Assembly (NCBI RefSeq): GCF_006345805.1
Contig: NC_042998.1
Location: 71,548,001 to 71,612,000, forward strand
Direction: 5' to 3'
DNA length: 64,000 nt
From: Octopus sinensis
Lineage: Eukaryota
Part shown: positions 14,033 to 27,145 of the stretch, piece after piece
Numbering within the stretch: position 1 is the first letter of the stretch
How the letters are laid out: each line of letters opens with the position of its first letter
The notes under the pieces: model-generated
Database searches by the model: none
What the model saw: the letters and a program-made list of their open reading frames with translations, nothing else
What the model was told of the DNA's origin: nothing
Position numbers and translations under genes: made by a program

Positions 14033-14926
14033 AATGTAATATACGTAGGTCAAATCATTTGTTTATTTACCTTTCTATCTGTCTTCTAAGTTTCCCAATC
14101 CCTTTCTTCCAGTCTACACACTCTATACTAAAATACAAATATTTTTGCATGCATATACTTGGTATCTAAAGTCTGAAATTTACAGTAAATTACCTGGTTT
14201 TATAAAATTTCGAACAGTGTGAACTTAAGTGATTTAAGATTAATTCAGCGATTATTAAAGCTCTAACAGATTAGGTTAAAATTGTAAAAAAAAAAGTATA
14301 AGCAAATGAATAATGTATTATAGCGTTATTTTAGCAAATTAAATAAGAAAAAAAATACATCGTATATGCAAAATAATTATAAATACACAGAGCATATAAA
14401 ATAGAATAAAATTAATTAACCGGAGCTGTAACTTATAAAGTAATGTATTAGAACTTGCCACTAGAATTTACAGAAAGATGATACTTGATGAGATTTTCTG
14501 GATGAGAAAGTCTATAACATAGTTGCTTATAATTAGAAGCCCTAGCGTAGATAAAATGGAAGAATATAATTTCTTTGATCAAAGGAATACTGCAGAGGAA
14601 ATATATACAAAGCTAATTTGGGTGCTAGTGAACTATTTGAAAATTTGTAATTAATGTGTACATTATCAAGAAATTGATTACCTGTTCAAAAGCAAAAATA
14701 TTTTCAATTTATAATAGGCGCATTCAAAATATGAACGGAATTTAAACTGATAAACCGCTATGAAAGAAAAGAGAAAAAGATCCAAGGGTGCTATCGTTGC
14801 AACCGAATTATATGCGGTTGCACTATAGATCTGAGGAAGAATGGAGGCAAAAACCTCGTTAAGAGATATTTAATAGCTGGTTACAGGAATGTCTTAAGAT
14901 GAGTGAATGAACGTTAGTGTTCGGGA

Positions 14927-14957
<31 letters not shown>

Positions 14958-14994
14958 CAAAATTATGATGGTAATTGAAATATAAGTTTCAATG

Positions 14995-15185
14995 TTTTGG
15001 AACAAGCGTGAGAAGATTAAGTCGATAACATCGACCGCAGTGTTTAATTGGTACTTATTTTATCAACCACAAAATAAAAAATTATAGGTAAAGTAGACCT
15101 CAGCGGAATTTCAACTCAAAACGAAAATATCGATGAATTGTTGGTAAGCATATTGCTCGTAAACCTAGTGATTCTGCCAACTCAA
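14995..15185 (-). mobile_element. SINE fragment (second family)
   Basis: Shares GGTACTTA.TTTATC.AC...AAAGT.GACCT with 55395-55565. Confidence 0.6.
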
Positions 15186-15444
15186 CGACTTACGGTAGCA
15201 AATGAAATATTAGTTAATGATTCTTTGGTAAGAAGATTAAGCGTACAGCATAGGCCAAGGAATAAGCTTAAACGTAAAGGGGTTCACCTGTATGACAAAT
15301 ATATATATGAAGAAATTTGTAAAATATATTTAATGTACGTAGTTTCATACACTTCAAAATATATTCACTACTTCCGAGGCATCGAAATGCTAGAGTATTC
15401 TACTTGTACGCATATATATTATATATACCATTTATCTCTTATCT

Positions 15445-15640
15445 GTTACATGTTTCAGTCAAATGACTGCGGTCATGCTGGGGCACCCGCTTGGAGAACT
15501 TATAGTCGAATCTTTCGACCCCAGTGCTTTTCAAGCCTGGTACTTATTCTATCGATTTCTTTGGCCGAACTACTAGGTTACGGGAGCATAAACACACCAG
15601 CATGGTTTGTCAAGCGGTAGAGGGGAAAACACACACATAG
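15445..15640 (-). mobile_element. SINE 3' half
   Basis: Aligns by eye with 13512-13710 (TGTTTCAGTCA..TGACTGC..ATGCTGG..ACTTATTCTATCG..ATAAACACACCAGCAT). Confidence 0.8.
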
Positions 15641-15700
15641 AGATGGATATATACATATACATACATATACAAACACACACATACATGCACACACAAAGAC

Positions 15701-15769
<69 letters not shown>

Positions 15770-15905
15770 TAGATAGAGAGAGAGAGAGATAGATAGATAG
15801 ATAGATATAAACGGTAAGATAACAAAAGAAAGAAGGAGACCTCAATATTATGTAAATAGAAGAATTTATCTGTAAATATAATGTGACAATTACTCGGTAG
15901 CGAAG

Positions 15906-15964
15906 ATAAAACTCTGAGTTTCGGATGCCGAGATGGAAATCCACACCACCATCTCTTCAGTTAT
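15906..15964 (-). ncRNA. Type I hammerhead ribozyme-like motif in a PLE pseudo-LTR
   Basis: Minus strand: ATAA-CTGAAGA-GATG...CATCC-GAAA-CTCAGAG-TT-TTAT. Helix I is ATAA/TTAT and the cleavage triplet is GUU. The base of helix II is imperfect. Confidence 0.6.
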
Positions 15965-16679
15965 ACAAAGGGAAATTACTGTGTTATAGACCACTATTTA
16001 TACAAAAGCGCTATTCGAATGACCGCTAATTAAGGTAAGGTAAAAGTTTCAGAGTATACGCGTAAGCGCGGAACAGTTCATACGTACACATGTGCGGTCG
16101 AAAAAAACCCACGTGCGTACACCTACAATACTAGAAAAACGTACACATCTTTACTCGCATCTTTCGCCAAATGTATATGCATATATATATACAACCCCAC
16201 CCACACACACACACACACGCGCGCACCGTAAAAGTTCATATATACTTCTGCATACGCACAAGTACAAGAAAAAACAGGGTCAAGGGTAAAAATACAGAAA
16301 AAAAGCATAAGGAAGTATACATAGAGTAAACCATGTTCATATACGGACATGCCTTTATGCACGCGCCCACACACGCACATATATGCACATACCCGCATAT
16401 GTCTATATACGCATACACACACACGCACGCATAAAAAGGATTATACATACGTCTAAAAAAGCACAGGAAAAATTCTAAAAACACTGAGTAAAATCGTCTA
16501 TATATATGTCTACTCTTATGTCCGCATACACGCACATATCTATATACATACATACCCGCACACACGTACACATCTACACGCCCGAACAAATGATTCCATA
16601 TACTCGTCTATATAGGCAGAACGAAAATTGCATTGTGGAAGGTACAGTACAGAAAAAATGATGTATAAAAAAATATATC

Positions 16680-17292
16680 TATAAACCAAATTCTCTCCCA
16701 AGATCAAAGGCTTGGAAGATTTTGAAGCGGACCTACTGAAGCTTATGAATGAAATAAAATTTCGTAAGTCTTTTAACAATTTCCAACACAAACTGAAAAT
16801 AGATATAAACTACATAAAAAGCTCCAAGAAAGAGGCACTTTTTTCCGACAAAACCAAGAAATTGTACCTGGTAGAAAACAGCAAATATTCACAACTCTTT
16901 CATAACACTATCATTAATAATTACACCAAGGCTAGGCCACAGACCTATAATGAAATTAACAAAGAAGCTAGCGTTATCGCCGCTAGACTTATATTAGATA
17001 ACAAAAATAGAGTTCCTTCCCCAAAACAGGCCTTTATTACAATAAAAGACCATAAAGTGAACTTCCTATCCAACCCTAAATTTAGGCTTATTAACCCAGC
17101 TAAATCAGAACTTGGCATTGAAATTTTAGGAAAAATAAATGCGAAAATTAAGACCGCTACTAGGCTTGTACAATGGTCCAATAGTATAGAAGTCGTCGAC
17201 CGGGTTGAAGCCATTGAGAATAAGAAAAAAACAAGGTTTATACAATCCGATATTGTCGATTTTTATGCCTCTACCTCTAAAGACTCGATACT
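16680..17292 (+). mobile_element. Penelope-like RT N-terminal fragment
   Basis: ORF 16712: EDFEADLLKLMNEIKFRK..SDKTKKLY..AFITIKDHKVNFLSNPKFRLINPAKSELG..FIQSDIVDFYAS. These are typical PLE RT motifs. It is truncated by (TA)n at about 17295. Confidence 0.88.
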
Positions 17293-17305
17293 GTATATAT
17301 ATATA

Positions 17306-17383
<78 letters not shown>

Positions 17384-17862
17384 ATGTTGTTGCACTGAGA
17401 AGCGATAAGCTGATACCTCAATATATACGTGTAAATTATTCTTTAATATATTATGGCTTCAAGGCTCATACTTTTGATACTCAGAGGTACACGTTTCTTA
17501 TAATATACCTGATAATCCAAGGTAGAACACATTTAAAAACCTGTTGTTTGAGTATAATTTGAAATATTGTAAGAAAGCCATGGATAAAGGGTTTATCTGC
17601 ATGTCCTTTTAAAAAGAACCATGGGAGCAACACATGCGGAAATGATCAGTTGAAGCTTACATTTATCGTTGCATTTCTGGCTTTTTAGCAATAATCCAGT
17701 TGTTTTACACTTCATAAACTTGTTTTCAATATAATAACTTTCTTCATGAAATGGCCTTGCTGTTTAAACGTTATTCAAGTGATATTTTTAAGAAGAGCAT
17801 GTGCGTGCATCTCTCTATGTGTGAGTGGTTATTTGCCTTTGTTTTGTTATTGGCATATTTAG

Positions 17863-17914
17863 ATTTGTGGAGATGATCTCAAATTCAGTCTGTCCAGCAG
17901 ACACCACCCTTATG
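17863..17914 (+). CDS. Candidate internal exon of an unidentified host gene
   Basis: Acceptor gttttgttattggcatatttAG and donor ATG|GTTTGC (weak). One nt plus FVEMISNSVCPADTTLM; phase-compatible with 11170-11237. Confidence 0.3.
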
Positions 17915-18697
17915 GTTTGCTGAGGATCATAATTACTGTGATATATTATAATAACACTATCCATCTCTCCTCTCTCGTGTCCTAAAGTTTCTACTACCTA
18001 TTATTCAATGCTTAATGCGTTTTACTCAGGAAAACATTTGCTTCACGATTAAAAAATCCCAGTATAAGCAATAGATTGTACTGTTGAAGTAGAAATAATG
18101 TGTATTTTGAGGAAAAAAAACATGCTGTCTCAATTACTATGAACAATAAGATATTTAATAGAACGCAAGTGACACGCACAAAATAAGAATCTCAGAATCG
18201 ATACTGCAAACACTATCGAAAAAGATGTAAATCAACCTATACTGAAGTAGACAAATACTATACATAGAAAAGCAGGATATAATATATTCTAATCTGTAGG
18301 TATATATTTGAATCTTAATACTGCACAAACACTTTTACTATTACAATGGATATACATGGTAACAATAACAATAGTTGTGCATATATACACATATGTATGG
18401 AGAAACAGAGAGTGAGAGAGATTAAGTGCCAAGACAAGTTATTATGCATAATAGCGCTTTGTAATCTGAGACACATAGTTTGTATCAGGTATAACGATAT
18501 ATAATAGGATTTAGTGAACTAAGATTATTGAATTTAGAGTTATAAATAAACATGTAGGTATGATACCACAGATCTAAATCAGAAAATAATTGTTACACTA
18601 AATATTTGATAAGCACGATTGTAATTATTTGAAAACAAAGCATCCTACCCGATTGTGTACATACACTCATTCGCGTGGACATGCACGTGTCTATGTG

Positions 18698-18770
<73 letters not shown>

Positions 18771-18933
18771 GTATGTATGCATATATGTATATAAAGAATA
18801 AAAAGTTTTGAATGGTACAACAATGCACCATAATACAGAGAATGAGCAATATACCTTCTTCAGAAATTCTTGGATGAGATGGAGTCGCTGCTATTATCGG
18901 TTTCCCAATAATAGCGGCGACTCCATCAAAGAA

Positions 18934-18973
18934 TATCTGAAGAAGGAATTTTATTTCGAAATATAATCAGACT
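18934..18973 (+). ncRNA. Decayed hammerhead-like motif
   Basis: CTGAAGA(18937)-A-GGAAT-TTT-ATTTC-GAAA(18958)-TATAA-TC-AGA. The core and AUC triplet are present, but helix I pairs poorly. Confidence 0.45.
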
Positions 18974-19084
18974 ATGGATGACTAAATTACAACAGGTATA
19001 TTGCCCATTCTGCATTGTCAATGCTTCAAGCGAACTACAATACTCACCTAAATATGTATATACATACATACATATATATATGTA

Positions 19085-19135
<51 letters not shown>

Positions 19136-19204
19136 CTTACTTCGAAATTGATGCGTGGCGTTCAATCATATAATAATATAAATATATGCATATATACATA
19201 CATA

Positions 19205-19508
19205 TGGAGACGCAATGGCCCAGTGGTTAGGGCAGCGGACTCGCGGTCCCAGACCGGGCGTTGTGAGTGTTTATTGAACGAAAATACCTAAAAGCTCCAC
19301 GAGGTTCCGTCATGGGGTGGTGGCTATCTCTGCTGTACTCTTTCGACAACTTTCTCTGACTCTTTCTTCTGTAGGCCTGTTCGCGGGGTGGCATCATTTG
19401 AAGGCTAAAACAATGCTTAACCACTTTCACGTTAATTTTACGAGCAGGATGTTCTTTTGATTGGATCCACTGGAGCCCAGGCCCTCGTAACCGACGGAGT
19501 GCCGTAGT
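19205..19508 (+). mobile_element. tRNA-derived SINE (B-box region deleted, chimeric body)
   Basis: Head GGAGACGCAATGGCCCAGTGGTTAGGGCAGCGG and 3' end CGTAACCGACGGAGTGCC, shared with 56630-56890. Confidence 0.75.
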
Positions 19509-19589
19509 ATATATATATATACACTTTAATAAAATTTTGATTCGACTCCATAAACTTAAAGGTTCTAGGGCCGTAAAACGAACGTAGCT

Positions 19590-20810
19590 ATTCAGGTTTA
19601 GATAAGCCAATGGTTACTGAAGATTGGGCTGCTATTCATCAAGGCAGGTCAAATGTTAATGTTCATATTAGTATCGCAGTAGTGACATCAGACTGAGATA
19701 GAAATTCCAACATGTATTTCTACAATCGCATGGTTGTTCATGATGTTGGAGTGGCTTCGTTTTCTATATAATGCAGAAAGAATTATAAGCGACACCAGTT
19801 GTTGGTTTGTGTGCGCATAAGACTATACCTCCTACGTAAGTGTGAATATCTTATTCATGTGTGTGTGTGTGCATATGTGAGCTGCGGACATCGGCTCATC
19901 AGTAGAAGCGTACGGATTTGTATCTGATGCGTGGAGTCTGCAGATCAAATCCCTTTAAGAGCAGGATCATATCAGGGGTTACCTGGTAAGGTTTCGAAGC
20001 TGTTATTTGGTGTTGGAGGCTATTTTTTGTGTTCTTGCCTCTATTGTAGCCTGTTATTGTAGAAATGACGTTGTCTAAGCAGCAGTAGCTAACCTTAACA
20101 TTGAGTAGAATGAGAAACTTATAGATGCTTTAGAGAAATGATTCTTGTTCAACGACTGCAAAGTTGCCAGCTATGTTGGTTGAAACGTCTAGGTTAAATA
20201 GAGGGTTGAACCATATCCACTTACTTTTTCACGTTCTGTTATATCTGTAAAGCTGTGGATGATAAATCCGCTCTTCACTAATGCCTTATCTTAATTGGTT
20301 AGCCCTGTTCAAGATCCCACTATCCGCTAAAAGTTTAGTGGTTATTTTACAGATGCCTGATACTATTTCCAGTTAAAATGGAGGTGGTTGGGTTGTTGAG
20401 TAGAGCTGCAATGGATGTACATATTTTTCACGTTTGACTTTACGCAAAGGAAGTAATTGCCCGTTTCCAGGCATAGAGTTATTTCCAGGAAGTCGACTAC
20501 GTTTGCCATTTATCGCAGCTGTAATGGGTAACTGAATTCTTTGAAAATGTTCGTCAGGCTCTTCCTGAATATGTCTACAACGTGGTCGTTCGTATCCCTG
20601 CGCAAAACCACTTCACCGTCATATCCTAGACAGCGAAATTTCACCAACACCCTGTCCAAACACGCGCTCCAAAACATGCCTATAGAAATTTGTACCTGAT
20701 GTGGCAACAGCATGAATGTTGATGGAACACAATTGTCATGTGTCACACCTTGAGCAATTGCGGCCCAATCGCCAGTTAGTAACACGAACTATCTCCATTT
20801 GGTCATTTGT
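19590..20810 (-). mobile_element. Penelope-like element, decayed RT C-half plus GIY-YIG
   Basis: Minus strand: LGYDGEVVLRRDTNDHVVDIFRKSLTNIFKEF (equivalent to GLYRDDGL..), VVDFLEITL.LETG.Y, WIWFNPLFNLDVSTNI, NVKVSYCC, and TYVGG near 19830. Confidence 0.8.
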
Positions 20811-20898
20811 ATCTGAAATATCAGTTTTGTTTTAGGAGCCTGGGAAACTTCAGGTCACATAAAGCCAAATCAAACTGTTATTGAAAATAACATATGTA

Positions 20899-20955
<57 letters not shown>

Positions 20956-22041
20956 GTATATATATATACGTGTGTGTTTGTGTGTGTGTATGTGTGTGTG
21001 TGCGCGTGCGTTTGTGTGTATGTGTGCGTGCTTCTGTGAGTGTGTGTTTGTGTGTGTGTAATTTTGTGCGTGAGTGCGCGCGGGTGTGTAAGAGGAACAA
21101 AAGTCATGGATAATTTTTTTTTTCTAAATCCAGTTCTTACAAGTTAACATAGGATAAAAAATGCATAAATTTCTTTGAAAACTATATCTAATATTGTATT
21201 TGATATTATTTTTCATTCTGGTATATATATAATTTCAATTTTTTTTCTTTTTTTAGTTTCAGCTCAGAGATGCGGCCATGCAGATGCACCGCCGTTTTGC
21301 ACTACACTGTTATTACTAGGAGCCTCCTCTAATATGTGGCACGTGATGAAGAATGGAGTATAATTAATTAATTATAATCTGCCCTCTTCTCTTTCATGTT
21401 GTTACTGTAGAAGTTTCTGTTCCGATTCTCTCTTAGCATATTCTTATTTACAATTAATTTTCATTACTTGAGATTATATAAAATTATCAGTCGTCCCTAA
21501 CTATCCTTCAGTTACATTGAATCTTTATAAATTACCAGAATAACTTTAGTCATCGATTGACTTATTATTTTCCTAATTTCTGAAGAAAGTTGTTGTTGTG
21601 TGACGATATAATATTTCTACTAGTACGATTTCGGATATATTCTTACATGCACGGTGAAAAAATATCTTGACAGTTCGTGACTCCAAAGGAAATCAGTACA
21701 TAACAGTAACGGAGTTATCAGGACCTGGCTCCTGTTATGTACAAACCTATGCAACACTGCATCAGATTACAGGAAACAAAAACACGTTTCGAGAGGAAAT
21801 TATTCACTGAAGACGAAAGATAGAGAATTTCTTGACAAATCACATTGACGCTGGTTGTGTGGAATCCGTATAGTCCGACAATTTTGCAAGTTTGTCGTTA
21901 CAAGTGTCAGAAAGGTCCACGAGGCTCATGGAAAAGAGAACCCAGTGCTAATCAAAGCCTCTATTAGATTTTGGGATGGTGAAAATAATTTAATAAGTCG
22001 TTAATAGCCAAATAATGCCTCTAATATACTAACACATGCAT

Positions 22042-22077
<36 letters not shown>

Positions 22078-22200
22078 TGGCCTGCTCGCTTAGCCAGCGG
22101 GGTGGCGTCATTGGAAGGCTAAAACAATGCAAAGTGCATTGTGACCAGCGATGTGTAACATCATCTAATAGCCTGGTCGGTCACGGTGATCACGGTGATA
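22078..22200 (+). mobile_element. SINE-type 3' fragment
   Basis: GCGGGGTGGCGTCATTGGAAGGCTAAAACAATGC is also embedded at about 19383-19418. Confidence 0.5.
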
Positions 22201-22399
22201 TATATATATACATTAATGCAAGTGCAAGTGCGATATATGTGTATGTGAGAATGTTTCTGTATATTCATATGCATATATGCATGTGTATGAGTACATATGT
22301 ACGTGAATGTGTATGGTGTCTCCTTTACGCATATGTATCCACTTATATATATAGAGGGAATGGACTAATCGGAGCAGGAGCACACACAAAGACAGAAAG

Positions 22400-22444
22400 T
22401 GTCGCTGATGAGGTCACAGTTGTGTGACGAAAGATTTCCTGACA
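22400..22444 (+). ncRNA. Minimal type I hammerhead ribozyme motif
   Basis: TGTCG-CTGATGA-G-GTCAC-AGTTGT-GTGAC-GAAA-GATT-TC-CTGACA. The core is intact, helix II has 5 bp, helix I has one bulge, and cleavage would be after C22438. Confidence 0.7.
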
Positions 22445-25400
22445 ATGGTCATGAGTTAAAATAGGGACCATAATAAACGAGTGAAGAACGATTATATTGT
22501 GCGTGTGTTTATTTGGCCAAAAAAATCACCATCCCGAAATACAACAATATCTCTTTCAAACACATAGTTTCACATCAGGAATCTTACAACACAAATTCAT
22601 ATACATAAACTCATATATATATATACAATTTCATTAAAAATTTTGTGAGAAATCCTTACCAGTGTTCTTTCAGCTTCCTTATGTTCCACATATATGTTTT
22701 TAATATTGTCAGCTACTTGTTTACGTCCTTGGATACTTTTGGTGCATTGGATATTTTCTCAAAATGTCGGCTTCTGTGACTAAGAAAGACATATATTTTA
22801 TGTTGAAAACGGACCCAATGGTTTCGCTGTATAATTAATACATGATCTACGAAACAATATGTAGCCAATAACACAGCGCACACGCAATGAGAAACGTGCA
22901 TATAGTAAATGGCTGAGAAATTACTAGGCGTCAGTATATTGAGAGTAGTAATTCATGGTTGTTATATTGCACATCTGCGGATAATATAATGAAACGTGTA
23001 TAAAGCATTTTACTTTAAATCAAAATGCCTTTCGCGTACACGTAATTTACTTATGTTTCAACCAATCCAACGTATTTCTTTTATTGATGTGTATAAGCCT
23101 GGTAATTGTTTTCCTTATCCCGTGAGGATTTTCAGCAACATTTGTTATTCTTCAATTACACAACCGATAATGGCTTTTATAGGCTTCCAATTACTCAACG
23201 ATAACAAGTAGAGTATTGCAGATTAAAAAAATCAATTTCAGTCAATCATAGTATAATACAGTCGAAAATGAATTGTATAATCTTGCGGCTGTTCACCGCA
23301 TTTGCAACTTCTTTTTTTATTGATGTCTTTTGTTACATAATTAAAAATAAGATAAAAATACATTAATTTGAAAGTTAATAGTTTTTAGCTCATTAAAATG
23401 GTGAGAGTAATTTCAATATATCGAAGTCTTTTGATGTTGGTTTTTAGTGCATGTGCTGATTAAATCCATGTTAACCTAATGGAGCAAATCTATGATCAAA
23501 TGTATTCTAATCATAGCAACCATGTCATTTTTATGCTACCAAGGATTACATTATCCAGCATTATTTTATGTTATATAGCAGAACTTGTTTTGAGGGAAAT
23601 GTGTCCGTTATTGCTTACATATAGAATGTTCATTTAGGTGCTTTTTCATTTGCTACTTGTGAGTTCATTGCTTTCATGTTGGCAAGAATGACAATTTCGT
23701 TGGACGGGAACCGTATAAAGGAAATGCATATCACTGATTCACTTAACCGCATGAATTATAACCCTGTTACATGCATAACTTTACAAAATGCTTACACTTT
23801 TAAAGTGATCAGTTAATTTGATAAAACAGTTTTGCAAAAATATCACTTGTTTGTGAATCTAATGTACTGACTACTGTTATTTTAACTTGAAAATAGAGAT
23901 TTCTAGAATCCCTTTATGTATTACAAATGAAATTTTAATGTTAACTATAGTATCATTTCATCATATGTATATTATATATTGAGAAAATTTTATGAAAATA
24001 AACAAAATCCATATCATATCATAAGCAATAAATCAATCAACTTTACAGAGTTCTGATGTCAAGTATTTTGAAATGTGATTCACCTAAACAAAATCAAACA
24101 TAATTTTTACACAAATTAAGATGTATGCATATCTTTTAGCTATATGGTACTTGTACCACCCTATTTTCATTCTCACCATTAAAAATACTGTGATTTGTAA
24201 TTGGAAATCTATATCTAAAGAAGCAAGCTATTGTTCACAATAACTGAAAAGGAAATGTAAGGGGAAAAACCGATAGATAGCAATAAAGATATAAAAGTAG
24301 AAGAACCAGTATATTGATGCTAGTTGATTTATTGATCTGGGAATATGTAGAAAGGCACAGATGTAAAGCAGATACTCCAGATTGTGTAACGTCATCATTT
24401 TAATGTGCATGGCAACAGTTTATATCAACTGATCAGGTTGATTCGTACATTATGACATAATTCATATGTAACGAGCGAAATCATATATGTTATTTACATA
24501 AGCATACAATTGTATTGCATAAAATTATTTATATAAACAGGCAAGCGTAAACGATGATAAAGGTATTTTATCAGGACCAGAAATAAGCTAATACAAAAAT
24601 CTTATTTACCTATTTTGTTATCTGGATTGCTATGTAACAATCTAACTCCAGAGGAAATAGAGATACACGACACATCAATGCCTTATGTAAATAACAATCA
24701 CGTTCATATTTGCATCGTTTGTTCAACTGATAAGCGGGATTTCTTTTTTGTAATTGGATAATGTTGAGATAAATACATTTGCCGTTCCCGGGAATGGTAC
24801 TATCAAGCACTCACACATCATATAATATCACAAAGAGGATACACGTTGGCTGTATCGTACCACTAAAAGACGGTATGACCATTGTATCAGTTGATAAGAG
24901 GTCATGTGGCCACTGCGTGTTACAGGTAAAGAGCTACATAGACCGTTGTTTATTAATATATAAGGGACGCTATATGCATAAAATGCATGGAACTGCACGG
25001 TAGTCCAACAGTTTGTAATACAAATCAGTGACAAGGAACTAGTGACCCAACGGCAGGATAATGTGGCAAACCAATGCTTTTGTTCAGTGATAATGCTAGG
25101 TGCAAAACGTTGATAGAGATATTATATTAAATGCTATCTGAGCAAAATTGATAAGCATATAGTAGAGAAATTCATGCTAGAGAGACTATATTTGTACACA
25201 ATAACACGAGTCTGCTCTAACATATAGTATACAAATACGCTTGGGTTTCATGCATGTTATGTATTGAGTTGAAACATATAACATATACACTTAAAAACAC
25301 AAAGCAATAATAAATGAATGAGAGCTAAAAATGAATACATATCATGCGCAGATATTTTTCATATGTTCAAAATTTTTATATTTGTTTCTAATATTCCATA

Positions 25401-25858
25401 GTTTTATTTTGATTCTGTCATGGGAAAATTACTGATGTTTCTTCCCTGAAAACAAATATGTTAGTAAGAGAAGAAAAGAAAATTCGCAGAAAAAGTGAAA
25501 TGAATTAATAAAATGAAAATAAATGTAATTTGAAAAGAAGCGATTTGTATGTATAGAGAATAACAATATATATTACCTCTTTATACTTCTATACGTGTAA
25601 CCTCTGTGTTGTACATTGATTAATTTGTAGGCGATTTTTTTTACGCATATTCTCAATATTTTTTAATAATGTTTTATTGTATTGTATTGTATACAGTAAC
25701 CATATTTCATGATTCACCAATTGAAGTTATTAAATAAGGGATCATACGTATACATTCATAACAGTAGCAGAATCAGATACATGCACAAAAACTACACGCG
25801 CACATGCACATACATACATGTGTGTGTATATAGTTTTTATTTCATATCACTGTACAGC

Positions 25859-25859
25859 T

Positions 25860-25928
<69 letters not shown>

Positions 25929-25930
25929 AT
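25859..25930. repeat. (TCTA)n array at the 5' junction of the Tx1-like LINE
   Basis: Direct reading. Confidence 0.95.
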
Positions 25931-26129
25931 CGACCGACGTGATGCCGCATCGGCTCCGCAGGTAATCTCTTTTTTCGACCTTTTTATTGCACGCATTGTG
26001 TTCCAATTTTTGCACACAAAGTGTTATTTGAGTGTGTTTTCAAAGGGGTAATTTGACTCCTAGGGGCAGTTTCAAACCTATTTACATTTCTATTTTCTTC
26101 GATTTTCTTGCCATATTTTTAAACAAGTA

Positions 26130-27055
26130 TAGCTAAGCGAAACCACGAGGTCGACGCCCCACCTCTACCAATGCTAGAGGCGAAGGAAGCTGAAAGCAAA
26201 GCCGTTCCGCGTGAACGCACACATGCCTTAGAAGGCACGAATGCTTCTACTATTATAATCACTGCTTCTATGTAGCCGTCGAAGGCAGAAAGCTAAGTTG
26301 CTACGTTTGTGGTAGCAAGACATTAAAAAACTAACTGTCCACTAGCACAGAAACAACAGCGACAAGAACGACAACAAGAGATCACGAAAAACAACAACAA
26401 CAACCACAAGAAAACAAAAAACCAAGCGAAAAACCAGCACTAGTACCCACACCGCTATATGTACAACTAATTAAGCAGTTCTACAAAGAGATGGAGGAAC
26501 ATCATCAACCAACAAGCCAGTCAAACCAAACAACACCACCATCAGCGCCACCAAGAACTGAACCAACACCATCATCGCCACCACCAGCAACAACTCCACA
26601 GGAAGAAGAGGAAACCAAAAAGACTCATACCCCACCGCCCAAAACCCAAACACCACATCCCAACTGTCACCAACACCACCAATACCACCAACGACATTTA
26701 TAGTTTCCGTGTCACACAGAGAAATATATCCCAATACCCTTTCCCTCCCATCCTCTGATTCCTCCGACGACACATACGATTGGCAAGTGGTCACAGGGGG
26801 AAGAAGAAAATGGGGAAAAACAGAGAAGCAGACAAACAAAGCGGGGAGGTTTACCACTCCCGAAACCAAAATACCAGCAGAAAACAAAAGCATCAACACA
26901 AACAGACCAACAACAAACCCGCCAACAATATTGAAAGCTATAATCATCAACTATTGGAATACATTAGGTCAAACACCAACATAACAGAAAATGATGCCAA
27001 AAAAACCTATCTAAAGAAACTATACAAACACTTTCTGGAAGAAACTGTGAGGTGA
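26130..27055 (+). pseudogene. LINE ORF1 remnant (degenerate CCHC knuckle plus Pro/Thr/Gln-rich linker)
   Basis: VEGRKLSCYVCGSK..H*KTNCP at 26275-26340 (CX2CX4HX4C, frameshifted). A low-complexity region follows, ending KHFLEETVR* at 27055. Confidence 0.6.
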
Positions 27056-27145
27056 AGGACAAACAACTTTCAGACAGTAAATCTCTCTCTCTCTCTCTTT
27101 CTTTCTCGTCTCCCTTTCGTGTGTAAAACAACATTCGACTGGAAC

